This document shows positions 1 to 11,339 of a stretch of DNA of 64,000 bases, in pieces. The notes below the pieces were generated by a model. The model saw only the letters and a list, made by a program, of their open reading frames with translations. It was not told the DNA's origin and did not search any database. A program made the translations under genes and the position numbers. Positions within the stretch are counted from its first letter, which is position 1; each line of letters opens with the position of its first letter. The stretch spans positions 27,552 to 91,551 of the forward strand of contig CAZOOZ010000008.1 in the NCBI GenBank assembly GCA_964581565.1. Reading direction: 5' to 3'. Source of the stretch: an uncultured Eubacteriaceae bacterium (GTDB taxonomy: Bacteria; Bacillota; Clostridia; Eubacteriales; UBA1433).

Positions 1-1
1 C

Positions 2-487
2 AGTAATATTTTAACGGCGGAAAAATTAAAAAGTAACTTTGATTTAGGCTATGTAGGACAAATAAAAAAAGTAAATGAACATCCTATCACAGATATTATA
101 AAGATTGGGTATTTACCGATTATATCAACGATTGGTTGTGACGAGGACGGCAATATCTATAACATCAATGCGGATACGGCGGCAGGAGCTATTGCTGTAA
201 ATTTACAAGCGGCGGCATTTGTGCTGCTTACCGATATTAAAGGCATCTTGCTTGATAAAAGCGATGAATCCACGCTGATAAAAAAAATAAATGCCGCTAA
301 GGCAAAACAGTATATAAAAGATGGAATCATCAATGGTGGTATGATTCCAAAAGCACAATGCTGCATTCACGCCTCAAAGAATGGCGTAAAAGGTGCTTAT
401 ATCATGGATGGCAGAAAAGAAAATGTCATCATTGAAGGCTTGCTTGGCAGAGGCAGTGAGGGCACTGTATTTGTGGATGATGAATAA
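2..487 (+). CDS. argB: Acetylglutamate kinase, 5'-truncated by window edge
   Basis: Open frame from base 2: DLGYVGQI...YNINADTAAGAIA...LLTDIKG...GGMIPK; directly upstream of argD. Confidence 0.93.
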   Translation, partial: SNILTAEKLKSNFDLGYVGQIKKVNEHPITDIIKIGYLPIISTIGCDEDGNIYNINADTAAGAIAVNLQAAAFVLLTDIKGILLDKSDESTLIKKINAAKAKQYIKDGIINGGMIPKAQCCIHASKNGVKGAYIMDGRKENVIIEGLLGRGSEGTVFVDDE

Positions 488-505
488 ATAGCAGGGGGAT
501 ATAAA

Positions 506-1678
506 ATGTCAAATAAAATAATTAAAGAAACGACAGATACATATGTCGCCAATACGTATGGTCGATTCAATGTATGTATCAGTGAAGGAAAAAATGCGAA
601 ATGCACTGATTTTGAAGGTAAAACATATCTTGATTTTACAAGCGGCATCGGCGTTAATTCTCTTGGTTTTTGTAATGAAGAATGGGTTGAAGCCGTATGT
701 GGTCAGGTAAAAACTTTAAATCATACTTCTAATTTATACTATTCGGAGCCGGGAGCGCAGCTGGCATATCGATTATGCGGCCTGAGCGGGATGAGCAAAG
801 TATTTTTTTCCAACTCCGGAGCTGAAGCAAATGAATGCGCCATTAAAGCGGCGAGAAAATACAGCTTTGATAAATACGGAACCGACAGATATGAAATCAT
901 AACACTGAAAAATTCTTTCCATGGAAGAACATTGGCAACAATTACCGCAACAGGTCAGGATGTATTTCATCAGTATTTTGATCCTTTTTTAGAAGGTTTT
1001 GTATATGCATCTGCAAACGACCGCGATGATCTATTGTCAAAAGTCAATAAAAAAACGTGCGCGATCATGATTGAAATCATCCAGGGCGAAGGCGGTATTT
1101 TAGAGCTTGAAGAAAGCTTTATAGAGACAGTTCTGAAAGTGGCACAGGCCAACGATCTTTTAGTAATTGTAGACGAAGTGCAAACAGGTATTGGGCGAAC
1201 AGGCAGCCTGTTTTCTTATCAAAATTATACTTTTTTACCCAATATCGTAACTTGCGCAAAGGGGCTTGCCGGAGGTCTACCTCTTGGAGCAACCCTATTC
1301 GACGAAAAGACGGCAAGCGTGTTAACACCGGGAACACATGCCACTACGTTTGGAGCAAACCCTATTGTTTGTGCGGGTGCAATGGCCGTGCTTGAAAGGC
1401 TAGATATGGATATGCTTCTCGATATCATTCAAAAAGGGATTTATATGAAAGAAAAGATCGAAAAGATGAAGCATGTGAAAAGCGTGAACGGCCGGGGGCT
1501 TATGCTCGGTATTGAAGTAGATATTGATAATAAAATGATTGTGGATAAATGTATCGAAAAAGGGCTTTTGGTGCTGACTGCAAAGCAAAAAGTAAGGCTG
1601 TTGCCGCCGCTTAATATATCGCTGGAAGAAATCAACGAGGGCCTTGATATTTTAGACGGTGTTTTAAATGAAATTTAA
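506..1678 (+). CDS. argD: Acetylornithine aminotransferase
   Basis: Class III PLP aminotransferase motifs NSGAEANE, SFHGRT, DEVQTG, AKGLAGG; follows argB. Confidence 0.93.
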   Translation: MSNKIIKETTDTYVANTYGRFNVCISEGKNAKCTDFEGKTYLDFTSGIGVNSLGFCNEEWVEAVCGQVKTLNHTSNLYYSEPGAQLAYRLCGLSGMSKVFFSNSGAEANECAIKAARKYSFDKYGTDRYEIITLKNSFHGRTLATITATGQDVFHQYFDPFLEGFVYASANDRDDLLSKVNKKTCAIMIEIIQGEGGILELEESFIETVLKVAQANDLLVIVDEVQTGIGRTGSLFSYQNYTFLPNIVTCAKGLAGGLPLGATLFDEKTASVLTPGTHATTFGANPIVCAGAMAVLERLDMDMLLDIIQKGIYMKEKIEKMKHVKSVNGRGLMLGIEVDIDNKMIVDKCIEKGLLVLTAKQKVRLLPPLNISLEEINEGLDILDGVLNEI

Positions 1679-1680
1679 AT

Positions 1681-1714
1681 AAGAGTCCCCTTCTTTTTTA
1701 GAGGGGACTCTTTT
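1681..1714. terminator. Intrinsic terminator between convergent argD and murC
   Basis: AAGAGTCCCCT...AGGGGACTCTT hairpin followed by T-run. Confidence 0.85.
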
Positions 1715-1726
1715 ATATAAGTATGA

Positions 1727-3133
1727 TTAATTGCTGTAGAGTTCTTTTAATTTATCAACCAGCATAAACGCTACCTGATTGATACTTTGCGAACCTGCGA
1801 CAAGTACAAAGTCTCCGGGTTGTAAGTTTTTGACTAAATAGTCTACAATATCCGTAAATTTGCTTATGCATATGGCTGGCGTGCCGTATTTTTCCTTTAC
1901 TTCTTTTACAAGCATTTCACTTGAAATGCCCCAGGCATTTGCTTCTCTGTCGGAATAAATATCATTCATAATCAAATAATCGCAATGGCTGAGTGCTTCG
2001 GCAAACTCATCAAAGAAATCATATGTGCGTGAATATGTGTGCGGCTGGAAAACAACCCAAAGTTTGTTGCGTTCATAATTATGACATGCCTGTACAGTAA
2101 CTTTGACTTCAGTGGGATGATGGGCGTAATCTTCAAATACTTTAATATTATTGACTTGACCGCGAAACTCAAATCTTCTTTTTGTGCCCTGAAAACGACG
2201 AAGCGTATCTTGCATACTTTGGATAGGAATACCCAGAAAATCTGCACATATAATGGCAGTCAGCGCATTGAGCACATTGTGTTGTCCAGGGATAATCAAG
2301 CTAAAATGACCAAAGAAGTCCTTGTTTTTGAACACGTCAAATTGAGGCTGGCCTAATACGTTATATTGAATATTGGCAGCATAATAATCGTTGTTTTGAC
2401 TAAGGCCGAATTTGATAACATTGCAACTGCATTCATCGGCTATAAAAACGATATCCTTATCATCACCGTTTATGATCAATAGTCCGTCTTCGGGTACTAT
2501 TTTGGCAAATTTCAGAAAAGACTGGCGAATCTGAGTAATGCCGTTTGTGAAATAATCTAAATGGTCTTCTTCAACATTCGCTATGGTGGCAATATAATGT
2601 TCAGACATTAAAAAGCTGTCAACATACTCACATGCCTCGGTCACGAAATATTCACTGTCACTGACGCGATAGTTACCGTTTATCTCACTGATTGTACCGC
2701 CGATACTAATCGTAGGATCAAAACCGGCATTTAAAAGCATAAGCGCAATCATAGAAGAAGTTGTAGTTTTGCCATGTGTTCCTGATACGGCGATTGTTTT
2801 GGGATAAAGCGACGTTAAATATCCTAGAAATTCTGAACGCTGCATCATGGGCAGGCCCCTTCTTTGTGCTTCAATATATTCCGGATTATTTTTGTTGATG
2901 GCGGCAGTGTATACTACCAAATCACAATCAACCGGAATATTGTCGGCGCTATGACCGATTTTGATATCATGTCCCTCTTTGACTAATTTATCCGTATAGC
3001 CGCAAGGCCTCATATCGGAGCCTGAAATGATTAAATTTTTATGAATCGCAATATGGGCAAGGCCGCTCATACTGGTGCCGCCAATGCCGATAAAATGGAT
3101 TTTTTTAATATTTTTAAAATCAATATTTTTCAT
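1727..3133 (-). CDS. murC: UDP-N-acetylmuramate--L-alanine ligase
   Basis: HFIGIGGTSMSG, AVSGTHGKTTT, EDHLD, DYAHHP, FQPHTYSRT; start moved to ATG 3133 after GAGGT RBS. Confidence 0.95.
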   Translation of the reverse strand: MKNIDFKNIKKIHFIGIGGTSMSGLAHIAIHKNLIISGSDMRPCGYTDKLVKEGHDIKIGHSADNIPVDCDLVVYTAAINKNNPEYIEAQRRGLPMMQRSEFLGYLTSLYPKTIAVSGTHGKTTTSSMIALMLLNAGFDPTISIGGTISEINGNYRVSDSEYFVTEACEYVDSFLMSEHYIATIANVEEDHLDYFTNGITQIRQSFLKFAKIVPEDGLLIINGDDKDIVFIADECSCNVIKFGLSQNNDYYAANIQYNVLGQPQFDVFKNKDFFGHFSLIIPGQHNVLNALTAIICADFLGIPIQSMQDTLRRFQGTKRRFEFRGQVNNIKVFEDYAHHPTEVKVTVQACHNYERNKLWVVFQPHTYSRTYDFFDEFAEALSHCDYLIMNDIYSDREANAWGISSEMLVKEVKEKYGTPAICISKFTDIVDYLVKNLQPGDFVLVAGSQSINQVAFMLVDKLKELYSN

Positions 3134-3375
3134 TTTATAAACCTCGAAGTTGATAATAAATATTATAACAAGTTCATTTTTATTATTCAATATTCAAAAA
3201 AACCGCCTTATATTACGAAATATAATATAAAATTGCCTATTTTTATCACATTTATTGTAAAAAAATATTTTTTTTTTTGATTTTATCCTATATAATATAG
3301 GTATTATAAGTATTTAACTAACTACCCAAATTGTATAAAGATCATTTAGTAGCTGTTACGGGAAGGAGTTACCCA

Positions 3376-3651
3376 ATGCAAATTACAGACATAAGAATCA
3401 GAAAAATTTATGCCGAAGGCAAAATGAAAGCAATTGTATCTGTTACGTTTGATGATGAATTGGTAATTCATGACATCAAAATAATTGAAGGCCAGAGTGG
3501 TATGTTCATAGCTATGCCAAGCAGAAGAACACCTGATGGAGAATTCAAGGATATTGCGCATCCGATTAATATCGAAGCAAGGAAAAAGATGCAAAAAGCA
3601 ATTTTGGAAAAATATGAAGCAGAAGCATTGAACGAAGTTGCGGCAGAATAA
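3376..3651 (+). CDS. spoVG: Septation regulator SpoVG
   Basis: [10 protein letters not shown]...IHDIKII...IAMPSRR...FKDIAHPIN; AAGGAG RBS; canonical spoVG-glmU-prs order. Confidence 0.96.
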   Translation: MQITDIRIRKIYAEGKMKAIVSVTFDDELVIHDIKIIEGQSGMFIAMPSRRTPDGEFKDIAHPINIEARKKMQKAILEKYEAEALNEVAAE

Positions 3652-3667
3652 TCAAAATATCCATTTT

Positions 3668-3694
3668 ATAAAAAAGGGATTATCCCTTTTTTAT
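3668..3694 (+). terminator. Terminator-like hairpin after spoVG
   Basis: ATAAAAAAGGGA-TTA-TCCCTTTTTTAT. Confidence 0.6.
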
Positions 3695-3769
3695 TTTATG
3701 TTAAAAATAAATGTGATGATGTGATATTATAATATAATTGTAAATATGATTTATATGAGGAGGTGTGAG

Positions 3770-5122
3770 ATGCATACTCAGGCTATTATATTGGCTGGCG
3801 GCAAAGGCACGAGAATGAAAAGCGACAAGCCGAAAGTGCTGCACGAAATATGTGGTAAAAGCATGCTTTCTTATGTGCTGGATAATGTCGGTAATGCGGG
3901 AATAGAGCAAATTGCTGTTATTGTTGGCTACGGAGCGGAAGAAGTAAAAAGCAGTATTGTGGGGCAGGTCAGCACATTTACTCAGCACCGGCAGCTTGGA
4001 ACGGGGCATGCAGTTATGCAGGCGCTGCCGTTTATTGATGATAATGCGTATATTGTTATTTTATGCGGCGATGCTCCCTTGGTAGATTCAAAAACCATAC
4101 AAGCTTTATATGAATATACTTCATCAAATAAAAAAGATGCCGTTGTTGTATCGGCTATACTAGAAGATCCCTGCGGTTATGGCAGAATTGTAAGAGGCAG
4201 CGGCGATGAATTGATTAAAATTGTAGAACAAAAAGATGCTGCCGATGAAGAAAAGAAAATCGGCGAAATAAATTCGGGCGTCTATTGCTTTTTAGGGAGT
4301 GTATTAAAATATGCTTTGGGGCATATTAGTAATAATAATTTTCAGGGCGAATATTATCTCACAGACACGATAGAGCTTTTAATCAAAGAAAAATATTCTG
4401 TTGATGTTTTGATGGAAGAGAACAGCGATATAATAAAGGCCGTTAACGATAAAAAGCAGCTTGCTCAATTAGAAAAATTTATGCGGCGTCATATCAATGA
4501 TCTCTGGCTTGGAAAAGGGGTGAGCATGATTGATCCTGATTCGACTTATATTTCATACGACAGTGTCTTAAGTGAAGATGTTCTTTTATATCCAGGTGTT
4601 GTCATTGAAGGACGAAGTATCATCAAAAAAAATTGCATAATAACATCAGGCAGCATGATCAAAAACAGTATTATAGGTGAGGATACGCTTGTGCAAAGTT
4701 CCTATATTACAGACAGCATCGTAGGCAGCCATGTAAAGATCGGGCCTTATGCGCACTTAAGACCAAAATCAAAACTGGCTGATCATGTAAGAATAGGTAA
4801 TTTTGTAGAAGTGAAAAATTCCGAAATAGGGGAAAATTCAAAATCTTCTCATCTTACATACATCGGAGATGCCAAAGTGGGAGATAACGTGAATTTGGGA
4901 TGTGGGGTTGTTTTTGTAAATTATGACGGGAAAAATAAAGCGCTTACAGTTGTGGAAGATGATTGTTTTATAGGCTGCAATGTAAATCTGATTGCGCCTG
5001 TCACAGTAAAAAAAGGCGCCTATGTGGCGGCGGGGTCGACAATTACATTTGATGTGGAAGAAAATAATCTGGCAATCGCGCGATGCAGACAAACCAACAA
5101 AGAAAACTGGGTTAAAAAATAA
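3770..5122 (+). CDS. glmU: Bifunctional UDP-GlcNAc pyrophosphorylase/glucosamine-1-P acetyltransferase
   Basis: ILAGGKGTRMKS, LGTGHA, GEYYLTD, GNFVEVKNS, hexapeptide repeats; GAGGAGG RBS. Confidence 0.96.
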   Translation: MHTQAIILAGGKGTRMKSDKPKVLHEICGKSMLSYVLDNVGNAGIEQIAVIVGYGAEEVKSSIVGQVSTFTQHRQLGTGHAVMQALPFIDDNAYIVILCGDAPLVDSKTIQALYEYTSSNKKDAVVVSAILEDPCGYGRIVRGSGDELIKIVEQKDAADEEKKIGEINSGVYCFLGSVLKYALGHISNNNFQGEYYLTDTIELLIKEKYSVDVLMEENSDIIKAVNDKKQLAQLEKFMRRHINDLWLGKGVSMIDPDSTYISYDSVLSEDVLLYPGVVIEGRSIIKKNCIITSGSMIKNSIIGEDTLVQSSYITDSIVGSHVKIGPYAHLRPKSKLADHVRIGNFVEVKNSEIGENSKSSHLTYIGDAKVGDNVNLGCGVVFVNYDGKNKALTVVEDDCFIGCNVNLIAPVTVKKGAYVAAGSTITFDVEENNLAIARCRQTNKENWVKK

Positions 5123-5154
5123 GTAATAAAAATATTGGAGGAAAAGAAGAGAAA

Positions 5155-6102
5155 ATGAACTGGGCCGATAATAACGTTAAATTAATTGCAGGAAGCTCAA
5201 ATTTGCCTTTGGCAAAAGAAATAGCATCAGTGCTGGAAATGCCGCTGTGTGACACAGCCACAGAACGCTTTAGTGATGGTGAGACATATGTAAATATCAA
5301 TGAGTCTGTGAGAGGTTGTGACATATTCATTATTCAAAGTGTTGCCGAGCCTGTCAATGATAATTTAATGGAATTATTAATTTATATCGATGCGCTCAAA
5401 CGTGCATCGGCAGGAAGGATCAACGCGGTTATTCCTTATTACGGATATGCAAGACAAGACAGGAAAGCACGCTCAAGAGACCCCATCACCGCAAAGTTGG
5501 TAGCAGATTTGATCACTGCGGCAGGTGCCAACAGAGTCATTACAATGGATTTGCATGCACACCAAATTCAGGGATTTTTTAACATTCCTCTCGACCATCT
5601 CACGGCAACAAGCGTGATGGTGGAACATATTTTGCAACTTGGATTGGATGATTTCGTCGTTGTATCGCCGGATGTGGGAAGTGTAAAACGCACACGCAAG
5701 GTAGCCGGTATGCTCGACGCGCCAATGGCAATCATAGATAAACGCCGTTATGCAATGAATACAACGGAAGTCATGAATGTGATCGGTGATGTAAAAGGAA
5801 AAGACTTACTGCTCATAGATGATATGATAGATACGGCGGGGACGATGGCAAACTCGGTTTATGCGCTCAAAAAAATGGGAGCAAAAAATATCTACGCTGC
5901 CGCTACACATGGAGTGCTTTCAGGCAAAGCGATCAAAAATCTAAGCGAAGTCCCAATCGAGAAGGTATTTATCACCAACACGATTGATTTGCCGCAAGAA
6001 AAGCAAATAGATAAGATAAAAATAATCTCTGTTGCAGGCATTATTGCAAAAGCAATTGACAGAGTACATAAAGGCAAAAGTGTAAGTATACTATTTGATT
6101 AA
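5155..6102 (+). CDS. prs: Ribose-phosphate pyrophosphokinase
   Basis: FSDGE, YYGYARQDRK, DLHAHQIQGFF, DDMIDTAGT. Confidence 0.97.
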   Translation: MNWADNNVKLIAGSSNLPLAKEIASVLEMPLCDTATERFSDGETYVNINESVRGCDIFIIQSVAEPVNDNLMELLIYIDALKRASAGRINAVIPYYGYARQDRKARSRDPITAKLVADLITAAGANRVITMDLHAHQIQGFFNIPLDHLTATSVMVEHILQLGLDDFVVVSPDVGSVKRTRKVAGMLDAPMAIIDKRRYAMNTTEVMNVIGDVKGKDLLLIDDMIDTAGTMANSVYALKKMGAKNIYAAATHGVLSGKAIKNLSEVPIEKVFITNTIDLPQEKQIDKIKIISVAGIIAKAIDRVHKGKSVSILFD

Positions 6103-6111
6103 CTGATTTCA

Positions 6112-6143
6112 AAAGAGAGTTCTGCGGTGCAGCACTCTTTTTT
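6112..6143. terminator. Terminator between convergent prs and NUDIX gene
   Basis: AAAGAGAGT.CTGC...GCAGCACTCTTTTTT imperfect hairpin. Confidence 0.6.
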
Positions 6144-6159
6144 TATTGTAACATTAAAA

Positions 6160-7089
6160 CTATATCATTTTTTCGTAGGCTTCAAGCGCGGCAAGATTTC
6201 GCGCTTTTGACATGGCAGCTACTTCAAAACCTTCATGCATGATGGCCCCATGGCTGGAACGCAGCATTTCTTTTGCCTTGGCAATGCTCACATGCATAGG
6301 GTAGATGCCCCAGTTGGATTCCAGTTCTGTCAGTCGTGTCTTATTATTTATATCTTTTGCGTCTGCCGTAAAGTAATAAGACAATTGCAGCATACTGCTG
6401 TATTCTATGCTTGTGCCCAAAGTTTTTAAATTAGTAATAGCGATTCCCGTTTCCTCCAATGCCTCTCTTGCTGCGGCCTTGCGGATATCTTCGCCTTTTA
6501 AAACGCCGCCTCCGGGGATTCCGCAAATATCCAATTTGTCGCTTTTGAGCAGGATGATTTTATCATCATCTGTCTTGATGATGCAGCGTGCAACAATACG
6601 CAGCGGATAGATTCTTTTTTCCGAGTTTTCGGCATGAATATGTATAAAAGACGGATATTTTTTTGCGAGGACATATTTATAAATAATCCATGTCTGTCCG
6701 TCTGAATACATATCTGTTGCAGCTTCGCCGTCAACAAACATGATTTCATGGTCGGCTTCCAGCTCCAAAGATAGTCTTTCTTTAAGTTCGACTTCATAAA
6801 AAATTCCTGTATTAAAAACCTGTTTAAAATATTCAACAGGAGTATCTATGTACCAAGACAGCGTTTCCAGCTTTCTTTTTACGTTGATAGAATATCCGGT
6901 CTCTTCTAAAAATTCTCTTCTCAGGGTTTCCTCATGCGTCTCTCCTTCTTGAACACCGCCTCCGGGAAGAAATTTACCCAGTTTGTTTTTTACAATTAAT
7001 ACTTTTCCGTCAATATCTGTTACCACTCCGTAGATGCCAGTACGCAGTACAACATCACGCTCCGGTTTTCTGATCCCAAATACGGGCAA
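6160..7089 (-). CDS. Tandem two-domain NUDIX hydrolase
   Basis: Two intact Nudix boxes (GGGVQEGETHEETLRREFLEETG; GGGVLKGEDIRKAAAREALEETG); TTG start at 7089 after GAGGTG RBS. Confidence 0.85.
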   Translation of the reverse strand: MPVFGIRKPERDVVLRTGIYGVVTDIDGKVLIVKNKLGKFLPGGGVQEGETHEETLRREFLEETGYSINVKRKLETLSWYIDTPVEYFKQVFNTGIFYEVELKERLSLELEADHEIMFVDGEAATDMYSDGQTWIIYKYVLAKKYPSFIHIHAENSEKRIYPLRIVARCIIKTDDDKIILLKSDKLDICGIPGGGVLKGEDIRKAAAREALEETGIAITNLKTLGTSIEYSSMLQLSYYFTADAKDINNKTRLTELESNWGIYPMHVSIAKAKEMLRSSHGAIMHEGFEVAAMSKARNLAALEAYEKMI

Positions 7090-7124
7090 AGTGATCACCT
7101 CTTCTGATAACTTATTCAATCTAT

Positions 7125-8111
7125 TTATAAAGTAGCGCACATCACAGCTTTGATTGTATGCACACGATTTTCAGCTTCATCAAAAACTTTTGAATACTTG
7201 CTTCTAAACACTTCATCTGTAACTTCCATTTCGGTAATGCCGTACTTTTGATACACCATTTCTCCGAATTCGGTTTCTCTGTCGTGGAAGGAGGGCAGGC
7301 AGTGAAGGAAAATCACATTTTCATTTTTTGTATTTCTGATCATTTCCATATTGACTTGGTATGGCAGCAGCATATCGATTCGTTCTTTGATTTTGTCTTC
7401 TTCGCCCATGGATACCCAGATATCAGTATAGACGACATCGGCCATATGGGCGCCTTCTTTCACATCGCTTGTGCATGTTATTGTGCTACCTGATAATGCA
7501 GCTGTTTGCCGCATTTCATCAACAAGGTCTTGTTCCGGCATGAGCTGTGGCGGAGCAATGACCGTGAAATGCACGCCGAGTTTTGCGCAGATAATCAAAA
7601 GTGAATTGGCAACATTATTTCTCCCGTCACCTGCATATACGAGTTTAATATCGTTATATGGTTTTCTTATATTTTCTTTTATAGTGAGAAAATCTGCGAG
7701 TGCTTGTGTAGGGTGATATAAATCGGTAAGTCCGTTCCATACGGGCAGACCGGAATATTTTGCCAAGTCTTCAACGGTCTGCTGCTTGAAACCGCGGAAT
7801 TCTATACCGTCATAAAATCTTCCGAGTACATTGGCAGTGTCTTCTAGAGATTCTTTTTTGCCCATCTGGCTGTTGGTGAGAAAGGTAACATTCGCGCCTT
7901 CGTCGTATGCGGCTACCTCAAAAGCACATCTTGTGCGTGTAGATGTTTTTTCAAATAAAAGCACAATGTTTTTACCTTTAAGCATCTCTCCTGGAATCTT
8001 ATTTTTCTTTTTGATCTTCAGCTCTTTCGCAAAGTTTAAAAGATATTCGATTTCTTCTTTCGTATAATCTTTAAGTGTGAGTAAGCTTCTTCCTTTTAAT
8101 GATATTGCCAT
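7125..8111 (-). CDS. arcB: Ornithine carbamoyltransferase
   Basis: [25 protein letters not shown]; follows arcA; start 8111 after AGGAG. Confidence 0.92.
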   Translation of the reverse strand: MAISLKGRSLLTLKDYTKEEIEYLLNFAKELKIKKKNKIPGEMLKGKNIVLLFEKTSTRTRCAFEVAAYDEGANVTFLTNSQMGKKESLEDTANVLGRFYDGIEFRGFKQQTVEDLAKYSGLPVWNGLTDLYHPTQALADFLTIKENIRKPYNDIKLVYAGDGRNNVANSLLIICAKLGVHFTVIAPPQLMPEQDLVDEMRQTAALSGSTITCTSDVKEGAHMADVVYTDIWVSMGEEDKIKERIDMLLPYQVNMEMIRNTKNENVIFLHCLPSFHDRETEFGEMVYQKYGITEMEVTDEVFRSKYSKVFDEAENRVHTIKAVMCATL

Positions 8112-8122
8112 ATTATTTCTCC

Positions 8123-9364
8123 TTATATTATTTCTTCTCTGCAAATAGGCATGGTCATACATCTGGGACCGCCACGCCCTCGCACAAGCTCTGAACCTTT
8201 GATTCTGATTACTTTTATATCATGTTTTTCAAGGACTTCATTTGATATTTCGTTTCTGTCGTAAGCGATGACGACGCCGGGAGATAACACAAAGGTGTTC
8301 GTGCTGTCGTTCCATTGTTCTCTCGCGGCAATGATCGGGTCTCCGCCGCCGCTTTTGATTAGATCGATATGTTTCGTATTCAGCGCATCTTGCAGTGTTG
8401 ATTTAAGACTGTCCATTCTTGTAAAATGTATTTGATTATTTTTTCCGCGCGTCATTTTTATAATATTCATGTGTTCGTCAATAGAGGGATATATTGTAAA
8501 TTTATCATAATCCACCATCGTGCATACCGTATCCAAATGCATAAAAGCCCGGATTTTCGGAAGCTGCACTGCATACACATCTTGTATCCGAGAATTTTGA
8601 TAAAATAAATTATTGGCAAGGATTTGTGCGGCGGAGGCATCTGTGCGTTGACTGAGCCCTACGAGCATAGATGCAGAACTCGTCACTAAAATATCACCGC
8701 CTTCTATCGTGCTGCTTTGAATATTATTGTCATACCATAGCGGCACATTATTTTTATTAAAAAACTCATGATGTTTATAAATTGCACGCAGGATGCGGCT
8801 CTCACGTTTTCGTATGGGGTTTTTCATTGTATGGATGGAAAGCCCGTTTTCAATGGCTGCCGCACCGTCGCGCATAAAATACATATTCGGAAGAGGTGGC
8901 ATATAAAACATATACATCTGCGGCATATAATCACTGAGCACTTCTTGCTTTTTTATTTTGGCAACATCTGTGATACTCAGTCCTTTGATTAAGCATTTTG
9001 CCGTCTCTGAAGCATTTAAATCAAATAAATAATCTAAAATACATTGTTCTATATAGTCACATCCAAGGATATCTTTTTCAATGATTTGATGTAAGATATC
9101 TTTCTTTGTTTTCTTATCTTCTAATATATCTGCAAGAAGATCTTTAATATAAATTACATTGGCGCCGAATGTTATGATCACAGAGGCAAAATCATCGTGT
9201 TCTTGCTGCATGCCTTTCAAATATGGGATATCATCAAAAAGTACCATTTCCAAGTTTTGCGGCACAATATTATGCAGCTCTTCATCGGGCCTGTGTAAGA
9301 TAACAGTTTTCAGTTTTGAGATTTCGCTTGTAATATTGATATTGCTGCGCATCATGAAATTCAT
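8123..9364 (-). CDS. arcA: Arginine deiminase
   Basis: [37 protein letters not shown] (catalytic Cys). Confidence 0.95.
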   Translation of the reverse strand: MNFMMRSNINITSEISKLKTVILHRPDEELHNIVPQNLEMVLFDDIPYLKGMQQEHDDFASVIITFGANVIYIKDLLADILEDKKTKKDILHQIIEKDILGCDYIEQCILDYLFDLNASETAKCLIKGLSITDVAKIKKQEVLSDYMPQMYMFYMPPLPNMYFMRDGAAAIENGLSIHTMKNPIRKRESRILRAIYKHHEFFNKNNVPLWYDNNIQSSTIEGGDILVTSSASMLVGLSQRTDASAAQILANNLFYQNSRIQDVYAVQLPKIRAFMHLDTVCTMVDYDKFTIYPSIDEHMNIIKMTRGKNNQIHFTRMDSLKSTLQDALNTKHIDLIKSGGGDPIIAAREQWNDSTNTFVLSPGVVIAYDRNEISNEVLEKHDIKVIRIKGSELVRGRGGPRCMTMPICREEII

Positions 9365-9558
9365 CCTCTCATATTTTTATTATTATATAACATTTATAAC
9401 GTTTCATAAATAATTTAATAAAATATCAAGAAATTTATAGTATTCTTAACTAAAAATGTATATTCAAAAAGTTCGTGTACAAAAAATCGTCAAAGATTTA
9501 TAATAAATTATCAAGTATTTGTAAAAAATCATTCTATGCTTTGGGAAAAGGAGAGACG

Positions 9559-10281
9559 ATGGAAGAAGTGATTTGTATTGAAAATATTTCAAAAAAATAC
9601 GGGAAAAAAACTGTTTTAAACAAGGTCAGTTTAACGATTCCAAAAGGGAGAATCTATGGTATCATCGGGCCGTCTGGTGCAGGAAAGACAACGCTCGTTA
9701 AAATGATGGTAGGTATGGAGAAGGCAGACAGCGGAAGCATTACGGTACTTGGATGTGAGATGCCTGATTTACCGGTACTGCAAAATATTGGCTACATGTC
9801 TCAGTCGGATGCGCTGTATGCCGATCTCACAGGCGGAGAGAACCTGAAATTCTTTGCATTGTTGTTTAAAATCCGTGGCGCAAAACAAAAGCAGCGTATT
9901 GCCTACTGTGCCGATGTGGTAGATTTAAGCGATGAATTAAAGAAAAAAGTATCTGCGTATTCAGGAGGCATGCGTCGTCGCCTTGCACTTGCGGTTGCCC
10001 TGGTTCAGGATCCCGAGTTACTTATTTTGGATGAGCCTACAGTAGGCATTGATCCACAGCTTCGCGCCAGTATTTGGGATGAGCTACACAGGCTTCGGGA
10101 TGAAGAAGGGAAAACCATTATCATCACCACGCATGTCATGGACGAAGCTGAAAAGTGTGACCGGCTTGCAATGATCCGTGAAGGCATACTGATCGCAGAC
10201 GGTTCGCCCGGTGAACTCATAGCCGCATATGGTGTAGAAAAGCTGGAAGACGTATTCTTAAAAGCGGGGAGGAAGCAGTGA
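9559..10281 (+). CDS. ABC-2 type exporter ATP-binding protein
   Basis: GPSGAGKT, YSGGM, ILDEPT; start at 9559 after AAGGAG. Confidence 0.92.
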   Translation: MEEVICIENISKKYGKKTVLNKVSLTIPKGRIYGIIGPSGAGKTTLVKMMVGMEKADSGSITVLGCEMPDLPVLQNIGYMSQSDALYADLTGGENLKFFALLFKIRGAKQKQRIAYCADVVDLSDELKKKVSAYSGGMRRRLALAVALVQDPELLILDEPTVGIDPQLRASIWDELHRLRDEEGKTIIITTHVMDEAEKCDRLAMIREGILIADGSPGELIAAYGVEKLEDVFLKAGRKQ

Positions 10282-11339
10282 TGAGAGTAGCGGCAATTAT
10301 CAGAAGGATTTTTCAGCAAATGCACCGCGATAAGCGCACGATGGCTTTGATATTTATTGCGCCGTTGTTTGTGCTCACATTGATGTATTTTATTTTTAAC
10401 GGGGATACGGTAGATGCCAGAGTAGGAATTGTAAATATTGACCAGGGCGTCTATGATGCGTTGAAAGATGCCGATATCGATGTTGTCACGCTTATAAACG
10501 CAGATAAAGATATGATCGTGCAAAAAGACCTCGACGGTATTTTGGAAAAAACGGATGGTGCATATAATCTAATTTTGGAAAATGAAAACCCGAATACGGC
10601 AACAGCATTAAAAGCAAAAATAACACAAACGATTTCGGGAGTGATGTTCCAAACGTTCTTAAATGAAATTCCCATGGGGCCGCTTGGATATCAGGCTGCA
10701 GATATCAATGTTGATTATTTGTATGGCAGTGAAGATACTACCATGTTTGACACGTTCAGCCCCATACTTATAGGTTTTTTTGTCTTTTTTTTCGTATTTC
10801 TCATTGCCGGTATAGGGCTTCTTCGTGAACGTATGACAGGCACAATGGAAAAATTGATGTCCACGCCCGTAAAAAGGTGGGAAGTGGTGATGGGTTATCT
10901 TACGGGATATGGCATTCTTGCAATGTTGCAGACGCTCGTGATTATTTTCTTTTCGGTAGAAATACTCGATATTGTACTTGTCGGCTCTATTTGGAATGTG
11001 ATTTTAATCTGTGCTCTGTCGGCGATCACTGCGCTTGCGCTCGGAATTCTTCTCTCGGCATTTGCGACAAGCGAATTCCAGATGATACAGTTCATCCCGA
11101 TCGTCATCATTCCGCAGGTTTTTTTCTGCGGGCTGTTTCCGATGGAAGGCATGGCAGACTGGCTGCAGGCGGTAGGGAAAATTATGCCAATGTATTACGC
11201 GGCGGATGCGCTCAAAGGGGTTATGTATAAAGGGCTTGGCTTTTATGATATTCTTTTTGATTTAGGCATTCTAACAGCCTTTGCGGTTGTATTTATTGTC
11301 TTGAATGTTTTTGCGTTGAAGCGATATAGAAAATTATGA
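10278..11339 (+). CDS. ABC-2 type exporter permease
   Basis: N-terminal TM, soluble loop, 5 C-terminal TMs, RERMTGTMEKL motif; overlaps ATPase stop. Confidence 0.9.
   Translation: MMRVAAIIRRIFQQMHRDKRTMALIFIAPLFVLTLMYFIFNGDTVDARVGIVNIDQGVYDALKDADIDVVTLINADKDMIVQKDLDGILEKTDGAYNLILENENPNTATALKAKITQTISGVMFQTFLNEIPMGPLGYQAADINVDYLYGSEDTTMFDTFSPILIGFFVFFFVFLIAGIGLLRERMTGTMEKLMSTPVKRWEVVMGYLTGYGILAMLQTLVIIFFSVEILDIVLVGSIWNVILICALSAITALALGILLSAFATSEFQMIQFIPIVIIPQVFFCGLFPMEGMADWLQAVGKIMPMYYAADALKGVMYKGLGFYDILFDLGILTAFAVVFIVLNVFALKRYRKL

Noticed and set aside
9365-9475. ArgR box upstream of arcA
   Set aside because: Only a half-match (ATATTCA) in very AT-rich DNA
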